64,000 nucleotides of DNA from Octopus vulgaris (lineage: Eukaryota): NCBI GenBank assembly GCA_951406725.2, contig OX597826.1, positions 78,244,001-78,308,000 on the forward strand, given 5' to 3'. Within the stretch, counting starts at the first letter, position 1; each line of letters starts with the position of its first letter. The notes below the pieces were generated by a model. That model searched no databases, had not been told where the DNA came from, and saw only the letters and a list, made by a program, of their open reading frames with translations. The position numbers and the translations under genes are program-made. Below are positions 12,222 through 26,296 of this stretch, one piece after another.

Positions 12222-12522
12222 TATATAGTAAAAATAATTAAAAGGGCAAGCAACAGGCTGCTTCGCCGCATACCGAAGGAATTAGAAATGGCAGTCAAAG
12301 ACTGTTTTTTCCATTTTCTATAAGTGGAGATTCCAAATACGACGGACCCCGCGATTCACATTTGCTACTCCGATTTTGCGTATGTGAATCGCGGGGTCCG
12401 TCGTATATGGAATCTCCACTTATAGAAAATGGAAAAAAACAGTCTTTGACTGCCATTTCTAATTCCTTCGGTATGCGGCAAAGCAGCCTGTTGCTTGCCC
12501 TTTTAATTATTTTTACTATATA
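12222..12522. repeat. Near-perfect palindrome, about 140-bp arms with a 20-nt loop
   Basis: 12222-12361 is the reverse complement of 12382-12522 with two substitutions and one indel. Confidence 0.97.
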
Positions 12523-12606
12523 TATATATATATATATATATAAAGAGGAAGAGAAAGTGAGAGACAGATAGTGGGAGAAAAAATGACAGAGATGGATAGA
12601 TTGGAA

Positions 12607-12663
<57 letters not shown>

Positions 12664-12805
12664 CCATTCATAATATACTTCTATATAGATTCCGACATGG
12701 TGGTGATGGTAACGATTGCAGTGGCAGTGGAGTCGGAGGTGGGGTTGGTGTGCCGCCGTTGATGGTCGCAATAGTTGTGTGCGTGGTGAGTGTTATTGCT
12801 TTCTT

Positions 12806-12836
<31 letters not shown>

Positions 12837-12979
12837 ATTCTGTGACTGATTAACTGGTCAGGCGTGTAGAGTTGTTTTGTTGATTCTGTGCTGAAAGTGT
12901 TTCTTCTTCTGCAAGCGAGTGGTTGCGATTGGATATCGCCGTCGACACTGCCGGCACGTGACGACGATGGTAGGAACTG

Positions 12980-14350
12980 TGGCAGGGTGGTGGAGGGCGA
13001 TGTTGGCGGCGGGGGAACGGTGGTGTTGGGGTTGGTGCCGGTCTCAGCTCAGTTTGTTGCAATGATGATGATGGTGATGATGGTGACTGTATTGTAGTAT
13101 CGGTAGTGGTGCAGACAATAAGAAAGGTGGTAGCGATGGTGAGTGTAATCGTGGGGGGGTGCTGTTTTCCCTATCAATGGTGGTGGTGGTGGTGGAGGAA
13201 ATAATGTGTCCATTGTTGGGGTGGCAGAAAAGTGGGGGAGTGGTGGGACTAGAGGTGATGTTGGTGATAGTGTAGGGGGCTGCGGTACTATTAGCACTGG
13301 TTGTGGTGGTGGTAGTGGTGGTGGTGGTGGTGGTGGTGGTGGTATTGATGGTGGTGGACGTGGTGTGACATAGGTAGTAGTGGCGGTTGATGTAGGTGGT
13401 AGTTGTGGTTGTGGTTGTGGCAGTGATGGTAGCTGGGGTTGTTGTTTTGTGGTGGAGGTGGTGATAATGGTGGAGGTGGTGGTAGTGGTGGCGGTGATGG
13501 TGACGTGAGGATGATGATGATGGTGATGCTGGTGGTGTTGTTGGCAGTGATAGTTGAGGTAGTAGTAGAGGTAGTGGCGGTGTTGATGGTTGTACTGATA
13601 GCGAGGTCACGCTGCCTTTGACGTTGGTAGCGCCACTGGGGGCGGCAGTGGAGGCAAGTGGCGTCGGTGGCGTTGCTGTTGCCGCTGTCTATTGTGATGT
13701 CGATGGTGGCAGTGTTCTTGTGGTTATTGGTAGAGCAACATTATGATGGTGTCGGCGATGGTGACATTAACGGCGTGTTGGGGTGACGGTGACGGCGGTG
13801 ATGCTGGTTGTGGTGGTGGTGGTAGTGGTGGTGGTGGTGGTGATGGTGCTTGTGGCGGAGGTGGTGGTGGTGGTGGTGATGATGGTTGTGGTGGTGGTGG
13901 TGGTGGCGGTGGTGGTGATGATGGTTGTGGTGGTGGTGGTGGCGGTGGTGATGATGGTTTTGGTGGTGGTGGTGGTGGCTTTAGTGGTGGTGGTGGTGGT
14001 GGTGGTGGTGGCGGTGGTGATGATTGTTGTCGTGGTGGTGGTGGTGGTGGTGTTGATGATGGTTGTGGTGATAGTGTTGGTGGTGGTGATGCAACTGTCT
14101 GTAATTGCAACGGACGTTTCTTGTGGGGACATCGGTAGCGGTGGTGGTTCTGGTGAGGATGGTTGCTCTGATTACTGGTGGTTGGTATGGACGGACGGTG
14201 GCAGCGTTCGTGCCGTTGATGATCATGGTGCCGGCTGGGGTGGGAGCGGGGGAGAGGATAGCTGGCGGCGTAGCGATGGAATTTAACATTCTTTGAGATG
14301 GTAGTGATGGTGTTGGTTGTAGTTACCGGTGGTATGGAAGAGTATTGTGT
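12980..14350. repeat. Degenerate (GGT/GAT)n trinucleotide field
   Basis: Direct reading; source of the poly-P/T/H/G/V ORFs. Confidence 0.95.
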
Positions 14351-14565
14351 GCGGGTGGGGTGGAGGGGCAGGGGGTGGGGTTTAAGGACTAGATCAAATA
14401 TAAACTAAAACTGCAGTCGCATCCAGAGAAAATACTAAGCTGTTAATTTCTTGCATGACTGCAAGCAATAAGCACCAAACTGTAACACCAACACCACTTC
14501 AACTACCACCCATACACACACTGCAACCGCCACGCGTACATTACAACTAATACTACTACTGCTGC

Positions 14566-14602
<37 letters not shown>

Positions 14603-14766
14603 GGTATGCTGATGATGATCATGGTGATGCGGACAATATATTTATCACAATAAATTCATGTGCACTGACACGCTTGCACACGCCCTACCTTAATCAGCGT
14701 ACGTATGTATGCATGTATGTATGTGTGTGTATGTATGTATGTATGTATGTATGTATGTATGTATTG

Positions 14767-14820
<54 letters not shown>

Positions 14821-15102
14821 GTATACCAGCAAGTGCAGTTTTGGGTTATATAGACTCAAAACTGCCCAAATGCCAAAAACTACAGGCTCTGCTGTCATTA
14901 ATTTATATCCTGCTTATGTCCTATACGACTCACAAACGCTCATCCATTACACGTTGACATCACTTCTTCTATTGTGTGTGTGTATATATATATATACACG
15001 CATCACTGTTTCATCTCTATTTCTATACATATATATATATAAAATATTAATAATACACACACACACACGCATATATATCTACATGCACATATATATACAT
15101 AC

Positions 15103-15158
<56 letters not shown>

Positions 15159-15160
15159 TA

Positions 15161-15228
<68 letters not shown>

Positions 15229-16039
15229 GGTATCACGACTATAATCAGAAAATTACAGTGGCACTAGTATATGCTAGCATATAATGTAATCCGAAGTTTA
15301 CTAGTCCGAACAAAGCATACGAAAACTGGATGGCCATGACTGGAATACCTTGTTCGATATGCTCAGTCGATAATGGTTTACCTATGGCTAAACAGCAGCA
15401 ACAACAACATCAGCATGTCTTCCATCATTTCTATCATGGCCACCACGGCTGACATTATGCATACAATCGACTTCACTGCTAGTATCCACGCGTTTATTGA
15501 CAAAATTGCTGATATAGTAAGCCTAGTATGGCCGAATAGTTAAGGAGTTCGTTTTGTAGCAACGAGTTCGCGGGTTTGATCCCAGTGCATGGTGCCTTGA
15601 ATAGATGTCAGTTTCGATAGATTTGAGTCGTTATATATCTTCGGAATAAAACTGGGTGGATGGAAACTATGAGTCGGATGATTTGTACCTGTATTTCGAA
15701 AGTCACAGCCTTGTCACGCTTTCACGGTCCTGCGAGGTCACGTGACTGCGTAATGCCCAACCACATTCACCTACCCATCCACGCCCACCCTCACATATAC
15801 GTACACGTTAATTCAGCTGAACCCACACTGTCAAACGACGGCGTGAGTCTGTGATAAGAAGCTTGCTTCCAAACCACATGAGATCTACTGCGAGCAGTTT
15901 CAGTCAGCGCTAGGAGAAAAACGACCGTCTTTGGTTTCAAAGATGTTCTTCTGTCTGGATAACGTTTGGCCAAATACAGCGAAAATGACAATTCAAACGC
16001 TGGAGTAGAATTCTTTCAGATTGAGCGATTTTTTCAGTC

Positions 16040-16046
16040 ACGGTTG

Positions 16047-16078
<32 letters not shown>

Positions 16079-16215
16079 GGTGGTGGTCACGGTGGTGGTT
16101 GTCACGGCGGTGGTGGTCACGGTGGTGATCCGGTTTCTGTTTTTTTAGTCACTGTTAATACGATTGTTATTCTTACTGTTATTGTTAATAATGAGCATTA
16201 TGATGATGATGATGG

Positions 16216-16273
<58 letters not shown>

Positions 16274-16566
16274 GATGATGGTGCTGGTGTGGTGATTACT
16301 ACTATCGTGGTTTAAATATTCTTTCATTTTGTTGTTTTCGGTATTGTTTTTGTTCTTGCCAAGGTTCGACCATATTCGACTGATCAGACATGTTGTTTTT
16401 GCTGTTGGTGGTGGTCATTGTGGTATTAATGGTGGTGGTGGTGGTGACGATGTTCGGGTTGGTGCTGGTGATTGTGGTAGTGTCGGGGTTGGTGATGGTG
16501 GTAATGGTATTAGTGATGTTGTTGGTTGGTGGTGGTGTGGAAATTACAACAGTTTTGTTAGGTGGA

Positions 16567-16624
<58 letters not shown>

Positions 16625-16626
16625 TT

Positions 16627-16667
<41 letters not shown>

Positions 16668-16669
16668 TT

Positions 16670-16726
<57 letters not shown>

Positions 16727-16849
16727 CTGGTTGTAGTAGTGAGTGAGAAGTTACTGGTGTTCGCTGTAGTAATGTGAGATTGTGCGGTCACTCTGTGGGG
16801 GTGGGCACTAGTGGCTTCTGTAATGATGACAATGATAATGTTGGTGTTG

Positions 16850-16881
<32 letters not shown>

Positions 16882-16890
16882 GGTAATGAC
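16040..16890. repeat. Compound (GTT)(GGT)(GAT)(GTA)n microsatellites
   Basis: Direct reading. Confidence 0.95.
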
Positions 16891-17150
16891 GTTGATATAG
16901 GGTGTGTTCGTACGGAGTGAGCGTTGGTAGCTTCAACCGGTACACGCACCTCTTGGTAAAACTAACTTCCTGTCTAATCTGTATCGATTGAATTTGTGTC
17001 AGCCAAAATGGCCGACCTCCGTGTTTAAGCCTGAAGCGTCCCCATTCAAGCAAAACACCTTCGCGCTATATGACGTTAGAAGAGTCTAAAGTAAACAGTC
17101 TCGCCAGATTAATCGCTCAGCCAATATCTATAGGGCTACTTCTGCAATTC

Positions 17151-17184
<34 letters not shown>

Positions 17185-17339
17185 TCTCTCTTTCTTTCTT
17201 TTCATTTTAAACTATCTTCCGCTCTCTCTTCTATTTCACTTCATCTCTAATATCCAATATCAATCGTTCGCCATCTTTTTCTCTTTCATTTCCCACATTC
17301 TGTCATACGCCATATGTTCCCCCTCTTCGTCTCTCCTCC

Positions 17340-17341
17340 GC

Positions 17342-17401
<60 letters not shown>

Positions 17402-17659
17402 TTCTCTCTCATTTTCTATTTCTGCTTCTTCTACCCTTTCTAAATCTATTTTTTTTATTTCAATGTATCTCAACACAGACACACCAAAACACTCAAACGC
17501 TCCCCTTTTATACACAAACAAGTGTGCGCCTGAGCATACGTATGTGTATTTCTATATATTTCTTTGTATATACACATGTACAAACACATATAAACAATTT
17601 GACTCTCTCTCAATTTCTCTCATTATCTATCTTTTTCTCTTTGTAAAGTTGTGTATATG

Positions 17660-17692
<33 letters not shown>

Positions 17693-17953
17693 ATACATAT
17701 ATATGTATATATATATATATACACACACAAACACATATACACAGATACACAGATGCATATATACATACGCACGTACATACATACATGCATACATACATAC
17801 ATGCATACATACATACATATATACATACATGCGTACGTGTGTACATATATATACACACATCACTATACACAAATAAAAACAGGCTAAAAGAGCAAACAGA
17901 AAGGGCAAAGAAGAGAGAGAAGGAGGAGAAAGGGAGAGAAGGAGGAGGGAGAA

Positions 17954-17996
<43 letters not shown>

Positions 17997-18550
17997 TAAA
18001 GAAAGAGATAAAGAGAGACTTAGATAGGAAGAGGTAACGTGCGTGTGTGTGTGTGTGAGCAAATGTGTGTATGTGTGTGAAAAAGTGAGAAAAATAAATA
18101 TATATCCTTTCTGTTTTTTTTTTGGTTTCGGTTGTTCATTCTTTTGCCATCAGCTTTCTACTAAATCACTACCACTCCTCATTTTGCATCCAACCACTCC
18201 ACTTCCGCTTCCTCCACCTCCTCCTCCTCTTCAATCCTGTTATTTTTGTATCAATAGTGATGTCAATATGTACTTATCTTTATCATTGGCGTGTGTTTGA
18301 TCTTTTGTGTGATTGCGTTGTACGTGTCTATCGTTCTGCGTCTGGTTCCCATATATATACACACATATATATATTCTTACAAGCATATATATATACATAT
18401 AGATATATAGATATATGTATATACCTATATGTGTGTATAAATATATAGGTATATGTGTATATGTGTATATATATATGTTTATGTATATATAAATATATAC
18501 ATAGATAAATATATATATGTACATATATATTTATACGTAACTATATATAC

Positions 18551-18598
<48 letters not shown>

Positions 18599-19048
18599 TT
18601 ACGCATATATATATATATATATGTATGCATGTATAAATATATATATGTGTGTGTATAAACATGTATAAAAATGCATATATGCAAATATATTTCTGCATAC
18701 ACGTATTTTTTATATATATATGTATATATATATATATACATACATAAATATATATACATGTATGTATACGCATGCATTCGTGTTGCCCTTTCTCTCCATC
18801 TGCCTTCTGTGTCTTGTTCTCTATATCAGTGAATTTTAATATATATATGTGTGTGTGTGTGTGTATGTGTGTGTGCGTGCGTGTATCTACACACACACAC
18901 ACGCGCACACACATGTACATATATATGTGTGTATGTATGTATATATGTATGTATGTATACAGAAATAGAACTGTATCTCTTCATGTCGACGCACACACAG
19001 ATATCTTTATACATACCTATACATACACACACGCACACACAAACACAG

Positions 19049-19085
<37 letters not shown>

Positions 19086-19112
19086 AAAATGACAGAGATG
19101 GATAGATTGGAA

Positions 19113-19164
<52 letters not shown>

Positions 19165-19180
19165 ACACACACACACACAC
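17340..19180. repeat. (CT)n, (TA)n, (CA)n, (CATA)n and (GATA)n microsatellite field
   Basis: Direct reading. Confidence 0.95.
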
Positions 19181-19415
19181 TGAGTAGGTCTTTTTGTGAG
19201 ATTAGAAATTAATATTGTCTGTGCGTATATAAACATGGCCGTGTTTATGTTACATAAGCAAAGCTAGCTTAACTTCCGATGTCACCAAGCGTTAATGATG
19301 TTGTTGGGAGCGGACTGTGATACAGGTGGTCGCTGTGTGTGAGGTGGTAGCGGTGGGAGTGGGGTAACGTGGCGAGAAAAAGAGGGAGAAAATAAGTTGG
19401 AGAGATAGTGTAAAG

Positions 19416-19458
<43 letters not shown>

Positions 19459-19854
19459 TAAGATTGTGTGAATGTTAGGAGAGAAGTTTAGAATATCAGG
19501 AGAGAATAAATTGAGTTTTTGAGAGAGAGACATGCGCTGCAGAAGAGATGTGGGATGCTGGAGACAGGTAGAAGCCAGTAGAATGTGACACACGATGAGG
19601 GATACAGTTCTGAAGAAGGGTAGAATAATCGAGTGGTGTGTGTGTGAGAGTGAGAAAGACAGAGAGACAGAACGATTTAATATAAACAAAAACGAGTTAA
19701 CCGAAAGAACACTTGTATTACCGTGTTGCTCATTTTTGTCTATTTTACGCAAATAACTTACACCATAAAGATTTAGTACGGTTTCTTTTTTTTTTTTTTC
19801 TTTTTTCGCATATATCTTTGTCTTGGCTGATGGAGACAGCTTGGGCAATTATGG

Positions 19855-19897
<43 letters not shown>

Positions 19898-20147
19898 GAT
19901 GATGATGATGGTGACGATGATGATGATGAAGTTGATGATGTCTATCTGAGGTAGAAACACGTGTCCACGACTGTCCTGCAATCTCCAGACAATAAACTTG
20001 TTGAAGAAGTTTGGGATCTTTAGGTTATCTCCCCTTTATGTTGCATGGTATTTGATATACCTGTGTTTGTCTATGCAGTTCATTTACATGCCATTAGACA
20101 GCTTGGTTTATTTCTCTTTAATGCAGAAACGCATATATACATACATG

Positions 20148-20148
20148 C

Positions 20149-20247
<99 letters not shown>

Positions 20248-20460
20248 CGGACGGACGGACAGGTAGGCAGGCAAGCAGGTAGGCAGGCAAGCAGGTAGGC
20301 AGACAGATAGGTAGACAGTTAGACAGACAAATAGACAGATAGATAGATAGACACAGACAAACAGGAAGATAGACAGACAGGTAGACAGACAGGAAGATAG
20401 ACGGACAGACAGGTAGACAGACAGGAAGATAGACAGACAGACAAGTTGATAGGTTGATAG
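20148..20460. repeat. (GATA)n/(GACA)n microsatellite
   Basis: Direct reading. Confidence 0.95.
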
Positions 20461-22277
20461 ATATTAACATCAGCTGTGGTTATTCTTATCATAGGAACTC
20501 TCCGAGAATAACCACAGCAAAGAATGGTTCTTGTTACAGTTATTGTAATATTTGCGATATATTGGTCTTCTACCCGTCACAAAAAAAACAAACAGGTGTT
20601 ATTTAAGAAGCTTCGGTTTTTACATGTCCCTTTTCTGATTAGGAACTGTAAACTTCTATAAACCTTTCGGCCCATTCGTTGTCGAACAGGATGGTCGCTA
20701 CAAACACCAGATACTTGCTTCTGGTGGCACATCCGATGCTGTCTCCTTCATTAAGCGTTTCCCTTTGCAAGATGGAAAGACGTCAAATGCTCGCTTTTCG
20801 TGGTGTCGTGAAATGTTTTTCCTCGCTTCAGTCCTTCAAACAATTTTCACATCCACTTTGGTAAATTACCTGTCGCCTGACAAATGTTTCGTAATCGAGT
20901 TCGAACCATCATTCCATCGGTGCATGGATCAGTTTTTCTGTCACTTGATTTCATTCGAACTTCTGTTCTGACGAAGCATGTTAAGTGTGAGACTTGCGTT
21001 TTCTACGTCTTGCAAATCTCATGGCCTCTTTGTATTATCTCCCTTTTCCAGTTTGCCTTTGGTTTCGCTGTGGTTTCGCTTCTTTCTGCAAAAGCAGCAT
21101 TACTCACTCTGCTCTGCTTAGACATTTTGTTGTTGCTGTGATCCGGCTATGCTTTCCTTGGTGTTACTATTACGGATTTCGAAAGCCGTAGTGGTGGTGA
21201 TGTCTGGGTTAACAGAAAAAAAATTAGTGTCAATTTTATCACATTCTGCCACAACAGCATTGGTGGTGGAGGAGGAGGAGGAGGAGAAGGAGGAGGAGGA
21301 GAAGGAGGAGGAGGAGAAGGAGGAGGAGGAAGAGGAGCAGCAGAAGCAGGAGGAACAGGAGCAGGAAGAGGAGGGGGAGGAAGAGGGGGAGCAACAGGAG
21401 GAAGAGGAGTAGTAGGAGGAAGAAGAGGAGTAGTAGGAAGAGGAGGAGCAGGAGGAAGGGAAGGAGCAGGAGGAAGAGGAGGAGCAGGAGGAGGGGAGAG
21501 GAAGGAGGAGAGGGTGTCTGGGAATTTGAAGTTTCCTCACCATTCAGTCGGTTCTGACTTCGTTGTTTTTGGCTGAACGCTTTTGATGTTATTAATGTTG
21601 CTTTTTGTGACAGAGTTGTTCTGGTGTTGCTCTTAACACATGGCATGTAGTAGTAGTAGTAGTAGTAGCAGCAGCAGCAGTTATTTTCTTGTTGCTGTTG
21701 TTGTTGTTGTTGTTGTTGATGCTGTTGTTGCTAGCCACAGTGGCAGTGCTAACGCTGTTAGTTTTTCAACTGTGGATCAGGGATGGAAAACATTCGTCCA
21801 TAAACGAGCCTGGAAGAAGCTTCGAGTGGAAAGTTCCATTTTCCTCTCCCGCCGGCTGGCTTTGCAAAGACGATGCTAACTCTTAACTTATTGCTTCTGA
21901 AAATCGCAATTTTCAGAAATGATCTTTGCAAATTTTAGCAACAGGCTCATAAAAAACAAACGAACCACAGGTGTCTTCTAGGGATCTTGAGCAGCCACCA
22001 ACAAACATTAAGGTTTTATCTTTAAATTTCTTCCCTGGAACCATTCTTGGAATTAATAAGTCATGATTTTTTTTTCACATTCTTTGTATCTCTGGAGAAT
22101 TGTTTTTGTAAACTGCATCTTTCTAGAGCTTTCGTCTTTTTGTGTCTTTTGTTTTTATTAATCATCTTCATTTGGATTGCTTTCTTCTCTTTTAGTTCAA
22201 CACAAGCAAGATCTAATTCTACTGCAGCATATTTAAGCAGTTCGCCGTCATCATCAGCATTATTGCTGCTGTTGTTG

Positions 22278-22371
<94 letters not shown>

Positions 22372-23699
22372 CAGCAGCAACATCATTACTTATTTATATC
22401 ATTGTTGCATTGTTTTATACAATTTGTTCCAAGTTTCATCCAGGGACCTCAGGTAATAGCAAGTTGGGTATTTTACAAAAGGGCTACCTTTACGATTTAG
22501 CAATGATGTATTGTATGGGAAGGGGAGCGGAATCTGCAAACTAAGATTCTGTTAAATTTGTAAAAATTTCAATTTTTAAAAGAATTTTAAGAGTATCAAA
22601 TACATTCAAGTTGACAATGTTTTGTCTTAGAATTTGGGCAGAACCCACGAAAACAATTTTTTTGTAGTTCTTTTGGGTTTCTTGGTATTTGGCTATAGTA
22701 CTTAAGAGTGCCTTTTGGTATTGTCTCCAAAGCTCTGCTACCGATTAACCTATAATTTTGCTTTGAGTCTTAGAGATATCATTGCGATCTCCAAGTTCAG
22801 AGTGTATGACCTTCAGCCTCTCCAACAAAGAGGTGGTGGACGCTTCAATGAAGAAGTTCTTCGCTTCGAAGGACAAGAACTGGTATCAGCGTCAGATCAA
22901 AGAACTGGCAGAATACTGGCTTCATACGGTGCAATACGATGGCCTCTACTTTGAATTCTAGGCTGCTATTGCTGAAACTTAACTGATAAAGTAATTAAGT
23001 TAACAAAATATTGCAAAAGTTTTGACTCAACATAGTATTGTAAAAAACCAGGAATGCGTCCTTGTCAGGAGGGTTCCTCCACTGACTTTTGTAAATTGCT
23101 GTATTTCTTGTAAAGATTTCCATACACCTACTTGGCTCGTTTCTCGTTGATAACAGCCCCGCTCATCTCAGCAAGATACAACAGGGAATATGAACATAAT
23201 AACCGAATGTTTTAGGTTAATGTTTCTGTGTTTAGAAAAAAGAAGGGAAAATCTAAAAAAAGAAGGTACATGGAATCCAGAATTGGTACCTACCCGAAAC
23301 ATTGAAATTCATAAAACCTCATGATATACTAACGTGCATGGGTTCGAATCTCGTGTGAACACATTGCTTCTTTTGTGTCTCCTTGTTAGTTAGATGTTGC
23401 TCCGGCGCTGTTTCTGGCGACTTCGATTCATGTAATAAAACGTGGAATTTTGTTTAATGATACAAGAAATGTATCTAGACACTTTATCCAAGGTATTGAG
23501 TTCTGTGCTGTACTAAATGTATTTTGATATAATTTGCAAATCCTACACAACGGTATGTATGTATGTATGTATGTATGTATGCGTGTGTGGGGGAGAGAGA
23601 GAGTGAGAGAAAGAGAAAGTGAATATATTCGCCATCAGATTAGTCACTTTATGTATTCAGAGAAAAAGAAAGCTGATGAGTCATGAATAGATTAACAAA

Positions 23700-24016
<317 letters not shown>

Positions 24017-25411
24017 GTGGACGAACAGATAGACAAATAGACAAACCGACAGAGAGACGTCTAATTTGACTAATTCATTGATTGATTGATTGGTAGTTGT
24101 GAATACCTATATACATCTGCGAGTGCGGGTGTAGGTATGTATGGTTATATGATCGTAGCTATGAAGAAGCTCGAGTGTGTGTGTGTCTGTGTGTGTGTTA
24201 GAAACCTCTATAGATCATGTGTTATATCGGTAATTTATCCTTGCTCTTTGTTACAATAGGTCAATTTAAAGCAACACTCATTAAGGGCATAATACTGTGT
24301 TCTCTTCTGTTAATACTCATAGTATCTCTCCTCCCCTTCCTTCTTCGCCTCCTCTCCCTCTCTCTCTCTCCCACTCCCTCTCTCTCATCTCATCTCCTCT
24401 CACCCTTCTCGCTATCCGCTCAGATTATGTTTTAATGACTATATATTTAACCAATTTTTGCTCTTCGAAAATTTATCTCTTATTTATTTCTTTTATGACA
24501 GGTATTAATTATTATTCACCAGTTTGCGTCGCTCTAAGAAGATTTCACTTCAATTACTAACAATAGCTCTGTTAATTCCATAAGTATTGGTTTTGGTAAC
24601 AAATTAATACGTCTGCCTTTTTTTTCTTCTTTAACTGTAGTTTGCTAAAATTGGTTAACTAGCCATAATTGTGTGTTTCTTTTTAACACAAGTAGGAGAT
24701 GAAATGGAAATGAATCTAGGATACACCATTTCACTAAACATGTCTTAAATGGCGAGCAAATTTTTATTTTTTTGTTATTTCACACTGTGATCAAAAGGCG
24801 AAGAATTCGTTTGATCTGAATTGCTCTTTTCTTTACTAAATTGCACGGAAGTCATATTGTAACAAACATAGTTTGGAATCGTAAAACCAGATTTTTGTGA
24901 AATATTTTCGTTTTAATTTTAATTTATTTTGGGGAATCTAAATTTTGCTTTGTGATATATTTTGGTTTCTTGATTCTGTTTTTGATATTTCTTCCTTGTT
25001 TGTGGAGAATTCAAAAATACTAAACGAAACGAAACAGCATTGAATATACAAAACCAGTGGACTTTCAGAGAATGACTGTTATCAGAAATGTTCAAACTAA
25101 ATGGATGAATAGAAAATGTGTGTCAATTGTGCTCTCTTCTTTCATTGAGATCGTCTGCTTCTCAAGGTTATTTCTTAAACAGTTTCGTGACACAATAAGC
25201 CATACCAATATTTATTGGTAAAAACTAAAAATATACAAGCTGTCTACAATAACAGAAGATTTTTCTATAATTTCGCCATTGATATTTTGGGTTTACTTAA
25301 CTTTAAATCTAATATTCATATCGCTAAATAAAATGATATTTTCAAAACTATATAAATTTTACTTTTTAATCACAAACAGTAATAATTTCTCGTGCAAGCA
25401 GAATACCATAT

Positions 25412-25650
25412 AGGCGCAGGCGTGGCTTTGTGGTAAAAATTTACTTCTCAATCACACGGCTCCAGGTTCAATCCCACTGCATGGAACTTTTGGCAAGTAT
25501 TTTTACTATAGCCTCAGGCCGACCTTGTGAGTAGATTTGGTTAACGGAAACTAAAAGAAGCCCTTCGTATGCGTGCGCGAAAGTGTGTGTGTTTTTGTTT
25601 TATGGTTTTCCCCCACCACTGTCTGAAGACCCGTGTTGGTGGTTTTACAT
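25412..25650 (+). mobile_element. SINE family B, 5' part
   Basis: GGCGCAGGCGTGGCTTTGTGGTAA...CGGAAACTAAAAGAAGCCC. Confidence 0.85.
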
Positions 25651-25879
25651 TAGAATGTCTCCTTTCTAGAAGGATGCTGTGACAACAGTTAGGGATCCAC
25701 AACTGTCGGTAGTTTTCCAGTTTTTCGACAGCCGATAGCTTAACAAAGTTCACCCTCCATTTGACAGGTTTTGTTTTTTGTTCTGCGGAGTATACAATGA
25801 AAAGCATCTTCTTTAGGAAGCAAGCTTGATAGGGTTGCCGGTTTAGTTTTCCGGTGCCCCAAGCATGCGACAAGTTGCA

Positions 25880-26268
25880 CATACATACATACATACATAC
25901 ATACATACATGGTGGTTGTCAACTCCTTATGCAGAATCTGACAACCTCCTGTACCTACACCTTAGATCCCTCATGACGTCTGATGTGGCTTTTTAAACGA
26001 GACAATGTATTGAAAAGACACCCATATAGATTGCAAATCTAATGCGGACCACCAAGAGTTGCAGTTAAGTTCTGATCTTTGTGGATCTTAAAATGTCTTT
26101 TGAGGCCTCCGTTAGATTTGCAGACCTTCTGGCATGCATGGTATTGTGCACAGGTATATAGGCAGAATAGTTGGTCGAGGCTCGCTTTTCATGGGTCCTC
26201 AAATGAGATTTGAGCCCATCAAAAGAAATGCATGGTCTGTCACAAACTGTGCACACATACATACATAC
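25880..26268 (-). mobile_element. 3' end of an RTE-like LINE encoding three C-terminal C2H2 zinc fingers (decayed), (ATGT)n tail
   Basis: CTVCDRPCISFDGLKSHLRTH; HACQKVCKSNGGLKRHFKIH (after a frameshift); CNLYGCLFNTLSRLKSHIRRH then stop; short UTR; (CATA)n at both ends. Confidence 0.7.
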
Positions 26269-26296
26269 GTTATCAACCCGGATAATGGCTGACGTT

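Noticed and set aside
13044-14296. Poly-Pro/Thr/His/Gly/Val ORFs resembling extensin or formin-like proteins
   Set aside because: Open in many frames on both strands because (GGT)n lacks stops; no unique domain or splice evidence.
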